64,000 nt of DNA from Patellaria atrata CBS 101060 (lineage: Eukaryota). The stretch lies in NCBI GenBank assembly GCA_010093705.1, contig MU006090.1, positions 248,001 to 312,000 of the forward strand. The letters run 5' to 3'. A program made the position numbers and the translations under genes. Under the pieces are notes generated by a model that saw only the letters and a list, made by a program, of their open reading frames with translations, was not told the origin of the DNA and did not search any database. This document shows, piece by piece, positions 41,437 through 55,178 of this stretch (positions are counted from its first letter, which is position 1; every line of letters starts with the position of its first letter).

Positions 41437-43827
41437 ATGGAAGCAACGAGACTTCATCTAAGTGATCCACCCTATGAAAACTACTTCTACTCCGACCCGC
41501 GTGGTGCAAGTCATGTCGTGATCACGACTCCATTGGAGGATAGTAACCTAGAGGTTATCAAACCAAGACTTCTGGTTAGTATTTACTTTCAAAACTAATG
41601 TTTCGTCTATGTTATATTAAGAATACGTAGGTTGCGTGGCCTGCTGGAAACAGTGGGGTTGTGGCATTTTTCGCTCCCCAGAACGGGGTAGAGGGATCCT
41701 TGACTCTGAAACTGGTAAATGAGACTGACGGTGATGCTTTGAGCGCTGTCTACGAGACGGCTACACAGTCAGGAGATAACCCTCAGGTCGGCGTGCAAGG
41801 GACTATTGAATTGAATACCTCTGCTTCCCTGGATATTACTATTCTAGGAAGTATAAGATCAATTCGCGATTACACTGAAGGGGGTGCAATCCTTCGCCCC
41901 GAGATCCAAGATACGATTAAGGTGAGGGAAGATGGGACTGGCGGCGTAATCATAAGCAGACTTTTGTTCGACAACACAACTATCATCTGCCTCAAGTTCC
42001 GTCCCTCGTCGAATGGGTCTCATATCAAGGCAGAGAATGGCACGGTCAACTTCGAACCGGGCAGGTACATATTCAGCGCCTTGTCCAACTACGCCCAACT
42101 GGAGCAGTTGAGCCCCCAGGAGGTACTGAGCCATGCAGCTCAGGATCTGATCTCCCGGTACCCGGATCAAACAGCTTCTTTATCCTTCCTGTCGTATTCC
42201 AAGAAACTCTTAGCAGGGACATGGCGCTTCCTGAACTATTTTGGACGTGACAGTATGATCTCCCTTCTCCTTCTACAGCCTGTACTGAGCGAAGGCGAAA
42301 ACGGGGCTATCGAAGCCGTCATCATTGCGGTGCTCGAACGTCTCAACAAGACTGATGGAACCGTGGCTCATGAGGAGACGATTGGTGATTATGCGACTTG
42401 GCTGAGTATGCAGGAAGGCGGGCAAGACCCGAGTCCGCAGTACGACTATAAGATGATCGATTCTGATTACTACCTGCCAATTGTGATGGTCAACTATTTT
42501 CTTGACACTGAAGTGGGCCAGGCGAGGACGGAGGATTTCTTGTCGACAAAGGCGAGTGAGAACCCCAGAAACGCGGGATTGACTTTTAGGGAGCTTGCAA
42601 CTATCAATGCAGAGAAGATCATAAGGACGTCTGCACCATTTGCTGAGGAGGGGGGACAGGTTGAATCGAACCTCATCAGATTGCATGAGGGAGTCCCTGT
42701 TGGGGAATGGAGAGATAGCAACGACGGGCTTGGAGGAGCAAGGATTCCTTACAGTGTTAATGCTGCGATGGTGCCTGCTGGATTGCAAGCCATTGCTAAG
42801 TTGACGGAAGCTGGATTCTTCCCTCAACATCCGGAATGGCGTGAATTAGCCACTCAGTACGCACGGATATGGGAAGATAAGGCGTTGGATTTCTTCAAGG
42901 TAGGACTTCTGGTCTACCCTTCAGCTTTGATCAAACCAATTGACGGTTTTCTAGGTCGAAATCCCACAGCAAGACGCGAAAACTCTCGTTGGCGACTACA
43001 TCTCTGAAGTTGGAGTCGGGGAAATGGCAACCACACAGAACATCACCACGCCCATCACCTTTTACGGCCTCGGCCTCGGCGGTGAGAATACCGAGAATAT
43101 CGTCCGAGTGATGAACACAGACGACTGTTTCCGGTTGTACCTATTGAACAGCACTAACCAAGCCCAATTGACCACGTTCATAGACCAAACTGCAACAAAC
43201 ATCCTCCTCCCCTTCCCACTAGGTTTGTCAACCCCCGTGGGCCTCGTAGTCGCCAACCCGGCCTACGGCGGCGAACCATGGTAAGCCAGAAACCCCTTCA
43301 TCCTCCTCTCGCCCAAACCTCAGATATTGAAATTCTCTCCCCACTAACGCCCAATCCCCCAGGTACACTCAAACATTTCCTAATAACGCCTACCACGGCA
43401 CCGTGATCTGGGGCTGGCAACTCGCTATGATGGCCGCCGGCTTGGAACGCCAGCTCTCCCTCTGCAATACCTCCTCCCCGCCAGATTTCTTTCGCAACGA
43501 AGCCGTGTACGGTAAAGTGGTGAAGGCGTATAACCACCTCTGGGACGTGCTCGAGGCGAACGAGCAGTATTTGAGCGGCGAGCTGTGGAGTTGGACTTAT
43601 GAGGACGGCGGGTTCAGGTATACGCCATTTGGAACGCTCGCACCGCCAGAGGGGATGGCTGCTACTGGTGAGTTATCGTTGATTTTCTTTCACCTGTTCT
43701 TTCGTCAAATGGAAATGGCTTTCTGGAGAGTGAGACTGATGATTTCGTGTGTGCAGAGAGCAATATTAGCCAATTGTGGAGTCTCACTTTCCTTGCCTTG
43801 AAGAGGAACGAGAAGTTTAGGGTATAG
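41437..43827 (+). CDS. Six-hairpin glycosidase-like protein (family often annotated as glycogen debranching enzyme-like); true start uncertain
   Basis: LLAGTWRFLNYFGRD, AHEETIGD, YKMIDSD, GEWRDS and YHGTVIWGWQ motifs. Introns 41575-41630, 42900-42954, 43281-43362 and 43668-43756. First in-frame ATG is 41437; an upstream signal-peptide-like exon is out of frame (see findings). Confidence 0.82.
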
Positions 43828-44720
43828 GAAGATTGATTGCTGGTTTGACGGCTCCTCGTTCTTTGTCTCGTAATCTGTATTGGGTACTGAGAGGAATTGA
43901 AAGGCTAGAGATTCACCAGGGACACTAAAGGCACGTTTACGGACAGGATATCACAACGCTGTTTGATAATTATTATGAATATGAACCATTTCAGTCCTTC
44001 CCCTCATGTGATGTCACGGCAGGCGTTGTAAGGGTCGGAGGTAAGTGAGGGATTCAGTGTACCGTAGTATAGTGTCAGGTGGTGAGGGGAAATAACTGTA
44101 TTTGTGAACTCGGAACAACGATCAAGGATGATGTATTGGGATAGGGATGGATGTATAAACCTTAAAAGGAGAATTGGAGGCCGATCTTTACCCCAAGTTT
44201 TACCGCGAGGCGGGCCGCTTGTGAAGATCAGGTACCGATATCCGACGGCTGTTCTCCGCACGCGGGGTTCCATATATTAAAATCAACCTCAAGTCGGACG
44301 AACGTTGATCGATTATTGACTATTGAAAGATAGATTTGACGAGATGGCGATGGCGTCAATAGTTCTGGATCTTCTAATGTGCACTCTACAGCTTGATGAG
44401 TAAAAGTGTTATCGTACTCCTACTTCGGGATTGTAAAAAGGGGCCCCCTATTTCTCGATTTGCAGTTTTCACTTTCAAGAGTGGTAATAAATGTTGAGGA
44501 GAATAAAACACTAATTCATAGCTTCGACTAACTACCAACCAGTCCTAAGTCTCCCCCGACACCCACTTCCTTTGCAAACCAAAGCAGCAACTGTAACGAC
44601 AGACTTCACAAATACAGATTCCCAAGGAGCTTTCAAGTATATTCCAACTCGTAACTAGACCTCCGCGAAAGTTGAGAGCTTTGGAGGCGCCGCAGTTGGT
44701 GATGTGTTTCAATCATCCAT

Positions 44721-45179
44721 CTAGAGAGATGAGCACTGGGCATCAACAACGATGAGACCCTAGAAAAGAATTAGTATACATTGTTCGATTCAACTTCGAT
44801 AGGATATGAGACATACAGAGTTCTTGTTGCCAGTGCAGCAGGAGACCTCGGTGCTACCGCAAAGTGACTCAGGGGCGACGTTGGTCAAGACGGAGACTGT
44901 TCATTTCATGTTAGCAAAACATTAAGACCGAATGCTAAAGATTCATAACTCACCAACATTGGCACCGACACCAACGCAGCTGTTAGCGAGAACGGGGCCG
45001 ACGATGGCGCTGATGAGGCCAGCGCTGTAGTCTTCGCTGCTTGGGTTGCAGCAGGAGAGGGTCTGGTCTGGAGAGCACATCTCGCTGGCACCACCGATGG
45101 TCTTGGGTGTGGTCCTCTTGCTGGGAGCAGCCGCAGCGAGGATGGCGAAGGAGATGGAGAAAATAGCGGAGGTCTTCAT
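44721..45179 (-). CDS. Class I hydrophobin
   Basis: Signal peptide. After introns 44953-44897 and 44816-44760 the eight cysteines are spaced C-7-CC-23-C-19-C-6-CC-14-C. Confidence 0.93.
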
Positions 45180-45322
45180 TTTGATTGAGATTTGGATTTG
45201 CGAAGGAACTTCGGCTTGAAAGATTGTATGAGCAGTTGAGAGACTGGATAACTGGATGTAGAGAGTGTTGAAGACTGATGCTGATGATGAGAGAGTCTGT
45301 TTCGAAGGAAAAGATGAGGGCC

Positions 45323-45329
45323 TTTTATA
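45323..45329 (-). promoter_or_regulatory. TATA box of the hydrophobin gene
   Basis: TATAAAA on the minus strand about 145 nt upstream of ATG 45179. Confidence 0.6.
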
Positions 45330-48104
45330 GACTGTTCTTCTGCTCCAAAACACTTCGTCGTCACGGTCGTCGAGGTCCGCTTTCCCGCTCTTCCATCGAT
45401 CCTCGATCTGTTGTTCACTATCAACAAACCTGTTCCTGGAGAGAGTTGTTGTCTCCTGACTCCATCCTCAAAGTCCCCTTGGAGGTTCCACCAATGATGC
45501 TTCACAATGTAGCACTATGCTGTCAGTTTCAATAGTTCATATCATCAAAAGGAATACTGTGTCCGACGGCTATTTTGAGAGGAGTCAATGTGCACCAGGT
45601 TATGCTTGTTGGAATGCAGGAGGTGAGCCTCGACATGGTTGTACACAGCGATATGCTTGATTTCTTCTATTTAATTCCACAAAGATTCCGGGAAGCGATA
45701 GAAGGAAAATGGAAAGATCATCGTCATTGTACATCCGTACCGCTGTTTGATGCTTCGATTCATAGCTGAACATACATTGGCAACCGTTGTCAGTAATCAA
45801 AGGCCTGCAGGACATGGTCGGAGATTGCCACATATAGTATGTAACAGTGACCTGATGAGATAATTATCTCAGGCTTTCCAAAGAAGCACATTGCTATAGA
45901 CATACTTTGTTCCCTGGTTAAATCTCATGGGCAACCGGAAGTTGACCGGGTTCGACTGTTTATTGACCTCCTCAAGCGCTACCCTCCTCATCAGAGTGCT
46001 ATCTGATATATTCCCGAATACCACAGGAAAGGGGAACTCTCGGCTCGGAAGGAACGGCCAATAGTCATCATATGTTGACATCCCTAGTGGATAGAACGGC
46101 AGAGTCACAATGATCCTGGCGGTTAGAACGCATTCGAGGGCCCCCGACGCCGTGGATGAACTGCTTTGTGGCGTAAGAATCAGCGCTTATACTGCTTGAG
46201 CTTTCTCAGCAGAACATCCTCGTGGATAAGATACCAGAGGCTACGTTCAATGCGTTCCTGAAGTTGAATGTATTTGAGATTGTTGGTCCCCAAACGATAA
46301 ACTTCGTTGTTAGTTTCCATTTGATGAAGTTAATGATAGTTGCCAAGATGTTATAGTACAACTTTGAAGGAATCTTTGACGCAGAGAGCCGCATGATGGA
46401 TTTGTACCGCAAGGGGATGGTAAATTCCTTATTCTCTGGTTGGGTATTCCAATATTAAGCTTTCTGTCAGGAGCTTGATCCACCAGTAGTAATCGTGATC
46501 TGTTTCGACTGCCATAGTTGTGGTGTCTAGGGTATACACTCTCCTTAGTGAGCATGTATATTGTTCATAAGACATGAACAGTGCGTTCAAAACAGATTGC
46601 TCGACTTGGCATGTGAATACGGTAGATGCGAGGACGATTATCTGACATCATACTGCATTGTTCAGTTACTCTGCAAGTACAGGGGCATGCTACAATGGAC
46701 ATGGACTCATCATTTCTGCTGTCAATTAGAGTCTGAGTGCTTTAGGCAGATGATTTGGAGAGCAAGCGTCGGTCACGAATGTACGTACAAAGTTCTAGCC
46801 CCGCAGCCATGGTTGAAACAGTCAGTCAATACCCATATTCTCTTCCTGTAGATCACGACCTTCAATTGCCCGAAGAGTGGCGTTGATCATCGTGAACTCG
46901 CCCGAAGCCACGTTTTGAAAATCGTTTATGTATATGATCTGGTACTAGTACATCCTGTTCAGCTCATGATCCTTGGGAGAGGTTACACAAGCGGATCCTT
47001 CAACGGTTGTTAGCCAAGACGGACTAGAGTGTACCAATAGTGCATGTCTGCAAGATATATACATCAATGAGGAGAGGGGGCCAAAGTCCCATGATGAACG
47101 AAATTAGGCGTAAAGGGGGAAGCCGCAACGCGATGACAGAAATGTTTTGGTCATAATGGATTAAACAAAGGCGCGGCATATCATTGACAGGGCGATGAGT
47201 GAAAGAAATCACTTGTTTCCACCCTGTCCAGCCAAGGTGAACAGCCTTTCCAAAGTATAGGGAGATGACAGAAACCGATAGACTGAAAGCTGTGATACAC
47301 TTACTGTGCGCCCAATCAACGCTTGTCGGAAGACCATGCTTGGAAAGATCAGCAGCCTACAGTGTAAATTAATCAACGTGTTCCAACAGGAACGCAACAT
47401 GAAATAGCAACAGGAGAGAATATGCGGGCTCATACGTGAGCATTGACCAGGTCCTCATACGATCCCGACGTAACGGACCGCAGCCCGTTGATCATGTTGA
47501 CACCATGAATTTTAACGTTAAGATTTTTTTTCTACGATCTCAAAATAAATATTCCAGTCGTGGTAGGGAACGGTAGATCACTTACTTGGGTCTATGAAGG
47601 TAGGCAAGGGGGACCGTTCGCTTGGAAGAACGCCTCAATTGCCCTCGCCACTTTGCTATGGCATGGCTTCCCCGCACTCAATATGTATTGGCGTATCATG
47701 CCCGCAAGTCGATCTGACAAGGACTGGCTACGACAAAGTTATAACGAAATGCCTCATCCAGTAAAGTTTCCCCTCTCAACCAATTGCACTGCGTAAAAGC
47801 TGAACTCAGCTCCAGAACTGGGATCAGAAGGTGACTAGGATACAATGAGCAGCTAAAGGATACTGGAAGCTTACAAGGCTGAGAGTAGAAATCATTTGGA
47901 TAAAGAGATGATGCATTTTGGTTTCAGATTCTCCATGTACATGGCGAATCAACAATCCGACTGCTGTTGCGCCCAATCTGTTTACAGCAATTAAGAAAGA
48001 TTGATCAAATCTCGAATAGGAAACCGTGACGTGGTATCAAAAGGCAATTTCCGCTCGAAACTCCAGTGAGAATTGAATGAACATATCGAATCATGTATTC
48101 GAAC

Positions 48105-49084
48105 TCAATCTGCCGTTCTGTGTTATTGTTAGAAATCCTGTCGTTGTCAGCAGGAAGTGAATGCCGCACCTATAGCTAACAAGTGTGTCAACACGATGAT
48201 TACTCGTGCTGAAGCTCCTAAGCTGAACTTTTTCTCCGTTCTTGATCTCTTTGGCATCACTATCACCCCATTCCATAGGGACGTCGGAGTCTGCATCGGC
48301 GTAGACTAGCACGTTGAACGTGCAGTTCCCATCCAGCATTGGAAGGAACGTGACAGATGCTGTGATTTGGCGAAAGATCGACTGTATCTCGTCCTGTATC
48401 TCTTTCTCCGTCTTTTCTGGCTGCGGTTCCGCATCACTGAGGTCCAGTTAGCCTTCTTGAATAAAGGGCTGCACCACATCTGACATACTCCGGCGCAGAA
48501 TTCTCCTTGTCCCCAGCTCGCTTCGATGATTTGGACTTGGAAGACTTCCCAAAAATTTGAACATCAAACTGCCATCTCTCCACATGTTCTCCGGTCTCTT
48601 TACTTGTAATTACAACGACAAGCTTCGATATTTTACCTCCAAGCATCCATTTATTGAGCTGAGACATGATTTTCTTGATGTAAGCTTTTACTTGATCATC
48701 AGAGGTTACTTCTGATGGTTAATATACTCATTCGGGACATCTAAAACAAAGTAAGGGAGACACCTACCAAGCATATTCAATCCATACTTCTTGACCCTAC
48801 AGCTATTATTAGGATGAATATGAGAAGAATAGGTTTTGAGAACTCACGGTGTAAAGTCTTCTGCGGGATAGACGCCGCGTTGGAAGAGTATGGTGTTTAT
48901 CGAGTACTCGAACTATACAAATCAGCACAACTCAACATAGTAGTAGTGAGAATAGCATACAAATTCCGCGACAATCTTAGACGACCCTAAGGCTTGTAAG
49001 TAACCTAGAGCAATGGTAGAATACAATCTACAAACCTTTTAAGGATAACTTATGGACCTTGGACTTGTCTTTATCAGTCGACAT
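48105..49084 (-). CDS. MAD2: Spindle assembly checkpoint HORMA protein Mad2
   Basis: FEYSINTILFQRGVYPAEDF, VERWQFDV, FRQITASVTFLP and VQLRSFST. Introns 49035-48987, 48960-48913, 48847-48797, 48767-48709 (or 48712), 48488-48437 and 48169-48118, ending YRTAD*. The last acceptor is uncertain. Confidence 0.95.
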
Positions 49085-49425
49085 TATGTCTCTTTGCGTT
49101 GTGCAATTCGAGCAAGCGAGTACGTAATTGCTGGAATGGTTTATTTCCGAACAAACTTTAGTTGCAACAGCTCTAGAAACAATTCAACCAAGCGGATGGC
49201 TATGTGTAGCCCCTTTGTATTTCAATCACGAGTGTTCTTCATATAATTTACTGAGATCTGAGAGCTGCCGTCTAAACTTCAGGATGCCCCTTGGCCCGTG
49301 CACGGTTGAGGGGAGAACGACCCGGCCGAGGATCAACCGGTGATAACTTCCCGCTTACTAAGAAAGACTTTTATTCTGTCCCAAGTCTGCCGAAGATCGA
49401 TGTGAAAAAATAAAGCGACGAACTC

Positions 49426-51429
49426 ATGCAACCATGTTCTAGGTTCTCGAAACGCTTCATCTCAGTATGGCGATCGCCGCCAGCAGCGCGTCTTCCCTTT
49501 CTCATCCTCGATAAATTACCTCTAGGAACATCAATTGGCTTCCGTTGCTTCCATCCGTCACCCTTCGTTCGGGTAGCAGCTAGCAAAGTCCTATCCGATC
49601 TCGAGAAACGCATCTCTGCTATACCCATAGAACGATTTAGGAACTTTTGTATTGTTGCCCATGTCGACCATGGCAAAAGCACGCTTAGTGATCGTCTACT
49701 GGAGCTTACTGGGACCATACAGCCGGGTGGAAACAAGCAGATTCTAGACAAGTTAGATGTGGAGCGCGAGCGTGGCATTACCGTGAAAGCGCAAACATGT
49801 AGTATGATATACAACTACAAAGGGGAAGACTATCTGCTTCATCTGGTCGATACTCCTGGGCATGTGGATTTCCGCGCAGAAGTCTCGAGAAGTTATGCTA
49901 GTTGTGGGGGAGCACTTTTACTTGTCGATGCTAGTCAAGGCGTTCAGGCGCAAACTGTTGCCAACTTCTATCTTGCTTTCTCCCTAGGTCTCCATCTAGT
50001 TCCTATCATCAACAAGGTCGATTTACCATCTGCGGATCCTCAGCGAGCGCTTCAACAGATGCACGATACTTTTGAGCTGGATCCGGACAAGGCCGTCCTA
50101 GTGTCGGCGAAGACAGGCCTGAATGTAGAGGCAGTTTTACCTCAAGTCATCGAGCAGATACCTGCTCCAGTTGGTGAAGACTCGCAACCCTTACGTCTTC
50201 TACTCGTTGACTCCTGGTACGATAATTATAAGGGCGTCATTTTACTGGTACGAATTTTTCAGGGGAAGATAAGACCCGGCGATCATATTATATCCTTTGC
50301 CACTGGCTTAAAATATACTGTGGGAGAAGTGGGCATTATGTACCCTGATCAAACATCTCAAACAATACTCCGGTCTGGTCAAGTCGGATACATCTACTTT
50401 AATCCCGGGATGAAGAAGTCTCAGGAAGCAAAGATCGGCGACACATATACCACGGTTGGGTCTGAAAAGCTAGTAGAGCCACTACCTGGCTTTGAGGAAC
50501 CGAAGTCGATGGTTTTCGTCGCAGCATACCCTGTTGATCAATCCGATTACGAACATCTTGACGACAGCATCAACCAAATCGTGCTCAACGACCGCAGCGT
50601 ATCTGTCCAGAAGGAATCCTCAGAAGCTTTAGGCGCTGGTTGGCGTCTCGGGTTCTTAGGCACGCTTCACTGTTCGGTCTTTGAGGACCGTCTTCGCCAG
50701 GAGCATGGTGCCAGTATCATCATCACACCGCCCACTGTGCCCTTCAAACTCATTTACCGAGATGGCAAGGAACAGATTATTTCGAATCCTGCCGAATTCC
50801 CGGATGACTCTCAGCAGTATAACAAAATTACCGAGATTCAGGAACCTCGCGTCGTCGCAACGATCACCATGCCCGAAGAATATATCGGCAAGGTCATCGA
50901 GCTCTGTGAAGCCAATCGAGGTGAACAGGTGGAGCTCACCTTCTTCACTGCAACTCAAGTGATCCTGCGCTATGATCTCCCGCTTGCGAATCTCGTCGAC
51001 GACTTCTTTGGTAAGTTGAAAGGCGCGACAAAAGGTTATGCAAGTCTCGACTACGAGGAGTCGCAGTGGCGGCGATCTCAGCTACAGAAACTCCAACTCC
51101 TGGTCAACAAAGCACCTGTTGACGCTGTTGCTCGAGTCGTGCACACGTCGCAGGTCGTACGGCTGGGTAAACAATGGGTAACGAAATTCAAAGAGCATGT
51201 CGACCGACAGATGTTTGAAGTCGTCATTCAAGCTGCGGTGGGGAAGAACGTTGTAGCGAGAGAGACGATCAAGCCGTTCAGGAAGGATGTGCTGGCGAAA
51301 CTGCATGCCAGTGACGTAAGCAGGAGACGGAAGCTCTTGGAGAAGCAGAAGGAGGGAAGGAAGAAATTGAGAGCAGTTGGGAATGTGATTATCGATCAGA
51401 GCGCGTTCCAAGGGTTCTTGTCGAAGTAG
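49426..51429 (+). CDS. GUF1: Mitochondrial translation factor GUF1 (LepA/EF4)
   Basis: [51 protein letters not shown] and [12 protein letters not shown]; presequence-like N-terminus; intronless. Confidence 0.97.
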   Translation: MQPCSRFSKRFISVWRSPPAARLPFLILDKLPLGTSIGFRCFHPSPFVRVAASKVLSDLEKRISAIPIERFRNFCIVAHVDHGKSTLSDRLLELTGTIQPGGNKQILDKLDVERERGITVKAQTCSMIYNYKGEDYLLHLVDTPGHVDFRAEVSRSYASCGGALLLVDASQGVQAQTVANFYLAFSLGLHLVPIINKVDLPSADPQRALQQMHDTFELDPDKAVLVSAKTGLNVEAVLPQVIEQIPAPVGEDSQPLRLLLVDSWYDNYKGVILLVRIFQGKIRPGDHIISFATGLKYTVGEVGIMYPDQTSQTILRSGQVGYIYFNPGMKKSQEAKIGDTYTTVGSEKLVEPLPGFEEPKSMVFVAAYPVDQSDYEHLDDSINQIVLNDRSVSVQKESSEALGAGWRLGFLGTLHCSVFEDRLRQEHGASIIITPPTVPFKLIYRDGKEQIISNPAEFPDDSQQYNKITEIQEPRVVATITMPEEYIGKVIELCEANRGEQVELTFFTATQVILRYDLPLANLVDDFFGKLKGATKGYASLDYEESQWRRSQLQKLQLLVNKAPVDAVARVVHTSQVVRLGKQWVTKFKEHVDRQMFEVVIQAAVGKNVVARETIKPFRKDVLAKLHASDVSRRRKLLEKQKEGRKKLRAVGNVIIDQSAFQGFLSK

Positions 51430-51502
51430 ATGTAAATTATGTGCTTCTAGTATCATGTGTAATTATATGTATTATGCCTTTCCCTTGCCTCTTTAGATCA
51501 AC

Positions 51503-53276
51503 CTAAGCCTTGACCGTCTCATACTGACTCTTCGCCCTGATCTTCGCTCCCCAGCGAAACAATACCCACGGAATCGGCAACAACCCCAGCGAAACAAATC
51601 CCAGCAGACTAGTCGCCCATCCAATCCCGAGCTTCTCGTACACTGCATTCTAAGTCAGCTTTCCGCTACCTCACACATCAAGTGAAAAGTAGAAGTGTCA
51701 CTCACCCTGGACCGTGAACAGAGGAAACGCCGCGCCCATAGAATACCTTAACACACCATTCGCCGCCAGCGCACTTGCACCATTCAGCGGCCCGTATACA
51801 TCGACCAAATACAGGGCCGCGCTGATAAACAAGCTCAGATTCCCCCACCCAAACGGCACCGCCGCCACAATGAGTGCGGCGGGATGTACATGCGCTTCCG
51901 CCGTCCACGCGAACCAGAACAAGCCGACCGGGATGCCGAAACTGCCCGCCATGGCCGCATACAATCTATGTTCCGGCTCGGCCATGAACCTACCCGTAGC
52001 GAGAGCCGAGTGCGCGTGACGGCGGTATAAGTGTATATCGAAGAATATTGCGGAGGCGGCGGCGAGTAGAACGCCCAGGCCGACAGCGAGAAAGACGAGA
52101 CCTGTCTGAGAGGGTGTGAATGAGTAGTATCCGCTGAAGACGAAGGGGAAGGCGGCGAAGAATGTGAAGAGGACCGCGAAGGCGAAGGCAGTGTAGAGGC
52201 TGAAGAAGGTGACGATGGGCTCGGTGACGAGCATGTGGAGGGGGCGGAGGAGAGTTACGGTGATGAGGAACTTGAGGGCGGCGGCGCGGGTAGGGCTGGT
52301 AGATGGCGGAAGGGAGACATTCTCCTTTTGGGCACGTTGCTTGAGGATGATTTTCTTGTAAGTCTCGTGCATTGGGAGGGAGATGGCGTAGCAGGCAACC
52401 CCGATGAAGAGAATGGTCCATTGGGTCCAGCGCCAGCCTTTGTATTGCGCGGCGAAGCCGCCGATAAAGGGTCTAGGGCGAGTTAGTAGTGAAGTATTAG
52501 TTACAAGAGAGAACTCTACCCTAAAGCTGGCCCTAGGAACGGAGCAAGCAAAAACAAAGAGGACGCAGCTGCTCGAGTCTCAGGGGGGAATGTGTCGGCA
52601 TTCGTGCCAGCTCCTACCGCTAAACATGGTGATCCTACGAATCCCGCGAGAAACCTGCAGACACTAAAGGCGGCGAAACTTTTGGAGAAGCCTGCCCCGA
52701 GGGTAAAGAGTAGAAATAAAGGGAAGCTCCCAAAGTATACAACTCGGCGTCCAAAAGTCTCGCTGATTGGGGCAGCAAGAATCGGGCCAAATGCAAGACC
52801 AAAAACGTACAGGGAGAGGCCGCCGAGAAGAGATACTGTCCCGGATACGTTGAATTTCCGTGCTAATTCTGGGTATGCCGGAGTGTATACTGATGAACCA
52901 AACGTGCTTCAATCCGTCAAAAATTTTCAAACAGCAGCCACCAAAGAACTTACATTGTGAAACACATCAATCCAGGAACCAAAACATGGTATGCTCGTTT
53001 ATATATGCTCCAATTGTAGGGATTACCAGGATCGTCAGGGCCATTCCAATCTTGAACTGAGACTACTCTTAAGTACGGATCTTCATGTATATCTGGTGGA
53101 CATCTTCCACTTTGCTTCTCTAGTTCGTGTACTAAGACGGGTGGTTGTAAATCATATTCATCGGTAACCCCCGATTTTTCCAATCTTCTGGCCGATTTAA
53201 TGTCCGCCGAATGCATAGACGAACTCGAGAAAGGCTCGGAACTATTGTGATCTTGCGGTATATTGCTGAGATCCAT
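51503..53276 (-). CDS. MFS drug:H+ antiporter (DHA1 family)
   Basis: DWNGPDDPGNPYNWS, APISETFGRR, GWRWTQW, HETY, EPEHRL and LGIGWATSLLG. Introns 52953-52907, 52519-52473 and 51705-51643. Confidence 0.93.
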
Positions 53277-55178
53277 GGATTGCAAAGAAACGCTCTAAAG
53301 GGTGTTCTATACCGGAGGGACGAGATAGTGTACAAGTATCTTCTCGATAGAGATTCATAGATGTGCCAACGTATGACTTAAATGCGGACATAGTCAATGA
53401 TATACCTGAAATGCTCTCAGAAAACGGAATAAATGATTAGTCGCCAATCACAGGCCCCTACTCGAAGCCGAAGCACTTTTCTTGTAAGTATTGCGGGTAG
53501 ATAAACTAGTTCTAAGCGCATCGTTTCAAGATGGGTTGTGGTTGCGAATTCAGACTGGGGTTGGGATAGTGTGTGTAGATTAGAGCTCAACCGAATGTTC
53601 AGTAATCTTTAAATGCGAGCCTAGGTAAACGACAACATACCGCCATTCTCGTTGTACTGTTGAAGGCGTAATGTCGGGCCTTATGCATCTGCACTTTCAG
53701 TACGGTGTAACCAATTTTGTCACGAACGCTTTGCAATGACATATTGACTTTATTGTTTTGACCGTGCTAGCGCTGAAAATAAAGTTCAAGTTCCGGTGCT
53801 GGAGAGCAAACATCTCATCCATCCTGGCCTTCCCTGCGATCCAATCTAGCTGAATGTTGAGACGGATCAGACAGTTGTGTAAGAGTAATAAATGTAAAGG
53901 AAGCTGAAGAATCCAAAGGATCGTTGTCGCATAAAACCCAGAAGGAATCTCTCTAGTCGGGCCGTGGATGTTCCGAATGTTCTAAATAGGAATGGCTTGA
54001 ATGTAGCGTATTTCCATCTGAACGTCACTCCATTATCTGATGGTTGAGGTTTATTTTCACATGTAGAATCAGTAAGGTATGGTATGTGATGCTTTCGTGA
54101 AGCGGTTCTTGTAGATGGAAGAAAGATAGGCTGCGCAAGTCTTGTGGTTTCTCTACATGTCGGTCTAACGTTCCGATGATAGGGAAACGTAACGCGCGTG
54201 AATACTTAAGTGAGGTCACAGTATCTTACTTGAACCGTTTCATTTAGTATTACGACTATATCATTGCTTTTACTGTTTCGTCAAAAGTCAAAGAACACTC
54301 AGAAGATATCAACCCAAATTTCATCACTCCGGTTCGCGAAGGTGGACTGCATCCCTCTTCCATCTATTTTGTTTCCAGTGTAAAATTGATCAGAATGCCT
54401 AGCATTGCAAGCCCCTTGAGCCCACGATCGGGTTTGGGGTCACGGTTTAACATAGTGGGAAGTTGGTCGCTATTTTTCATGCTTTCCCTCTAATGTGGAA
54501 CTTCACCAGATAATCTGCTGGCCTGCCAGCCTTCTATGCGGATACTGTGCTACTCAAACCGGAAAAAAGTGAGTAGATACGCATCCCAGTCCAAGTATCG
54601 TGATGCTTATATAATCCGAGTAGCTAACACATTACTTCCAGTCTCCTAGCTGCCCCCTGCGGATGCAAGTAACGCTGTTAGCAACGCAATACCGATATAA
54701 TAATTCGACGATATGCTCCTCGTTCACTCTTCACTTCAAGGATGGATACTTACAGGAGTCGCGATTGTGGCGCGCAAGAATCAAAGGATCAGGCACTTAA
54801 CTTATCTATTATGGTTCGATTATTCTTGCTTTGCTAGTTACTAATGCAATAGTTGTGTACAATCCCGCCGTAAATGTGAATTCCAGTGGAGCCACGCTTA
54901 TTTGGAAACCCGAATCCCCTTAACATGCGCCGAAACAAGTACTTGCTTGACTCTCCTAACTGACGTTCCTCGAAAACCGAATTTACTCCCATGTCGAATT
55001 AGAAACGGACCCTGCATATCTCGGCCGTGGTTGATGTGAAGACTGAATTGATCATATCAATAGGATCAGGATGGTATTATTATTGAGGGCATCGTTAATG
55101 AGATTGCTGTTGTTAAACGTCACGAGCATCTTATCCATTCCCAATAACTTCAAAGTCATGCAGGAAACGGCTCACGAG

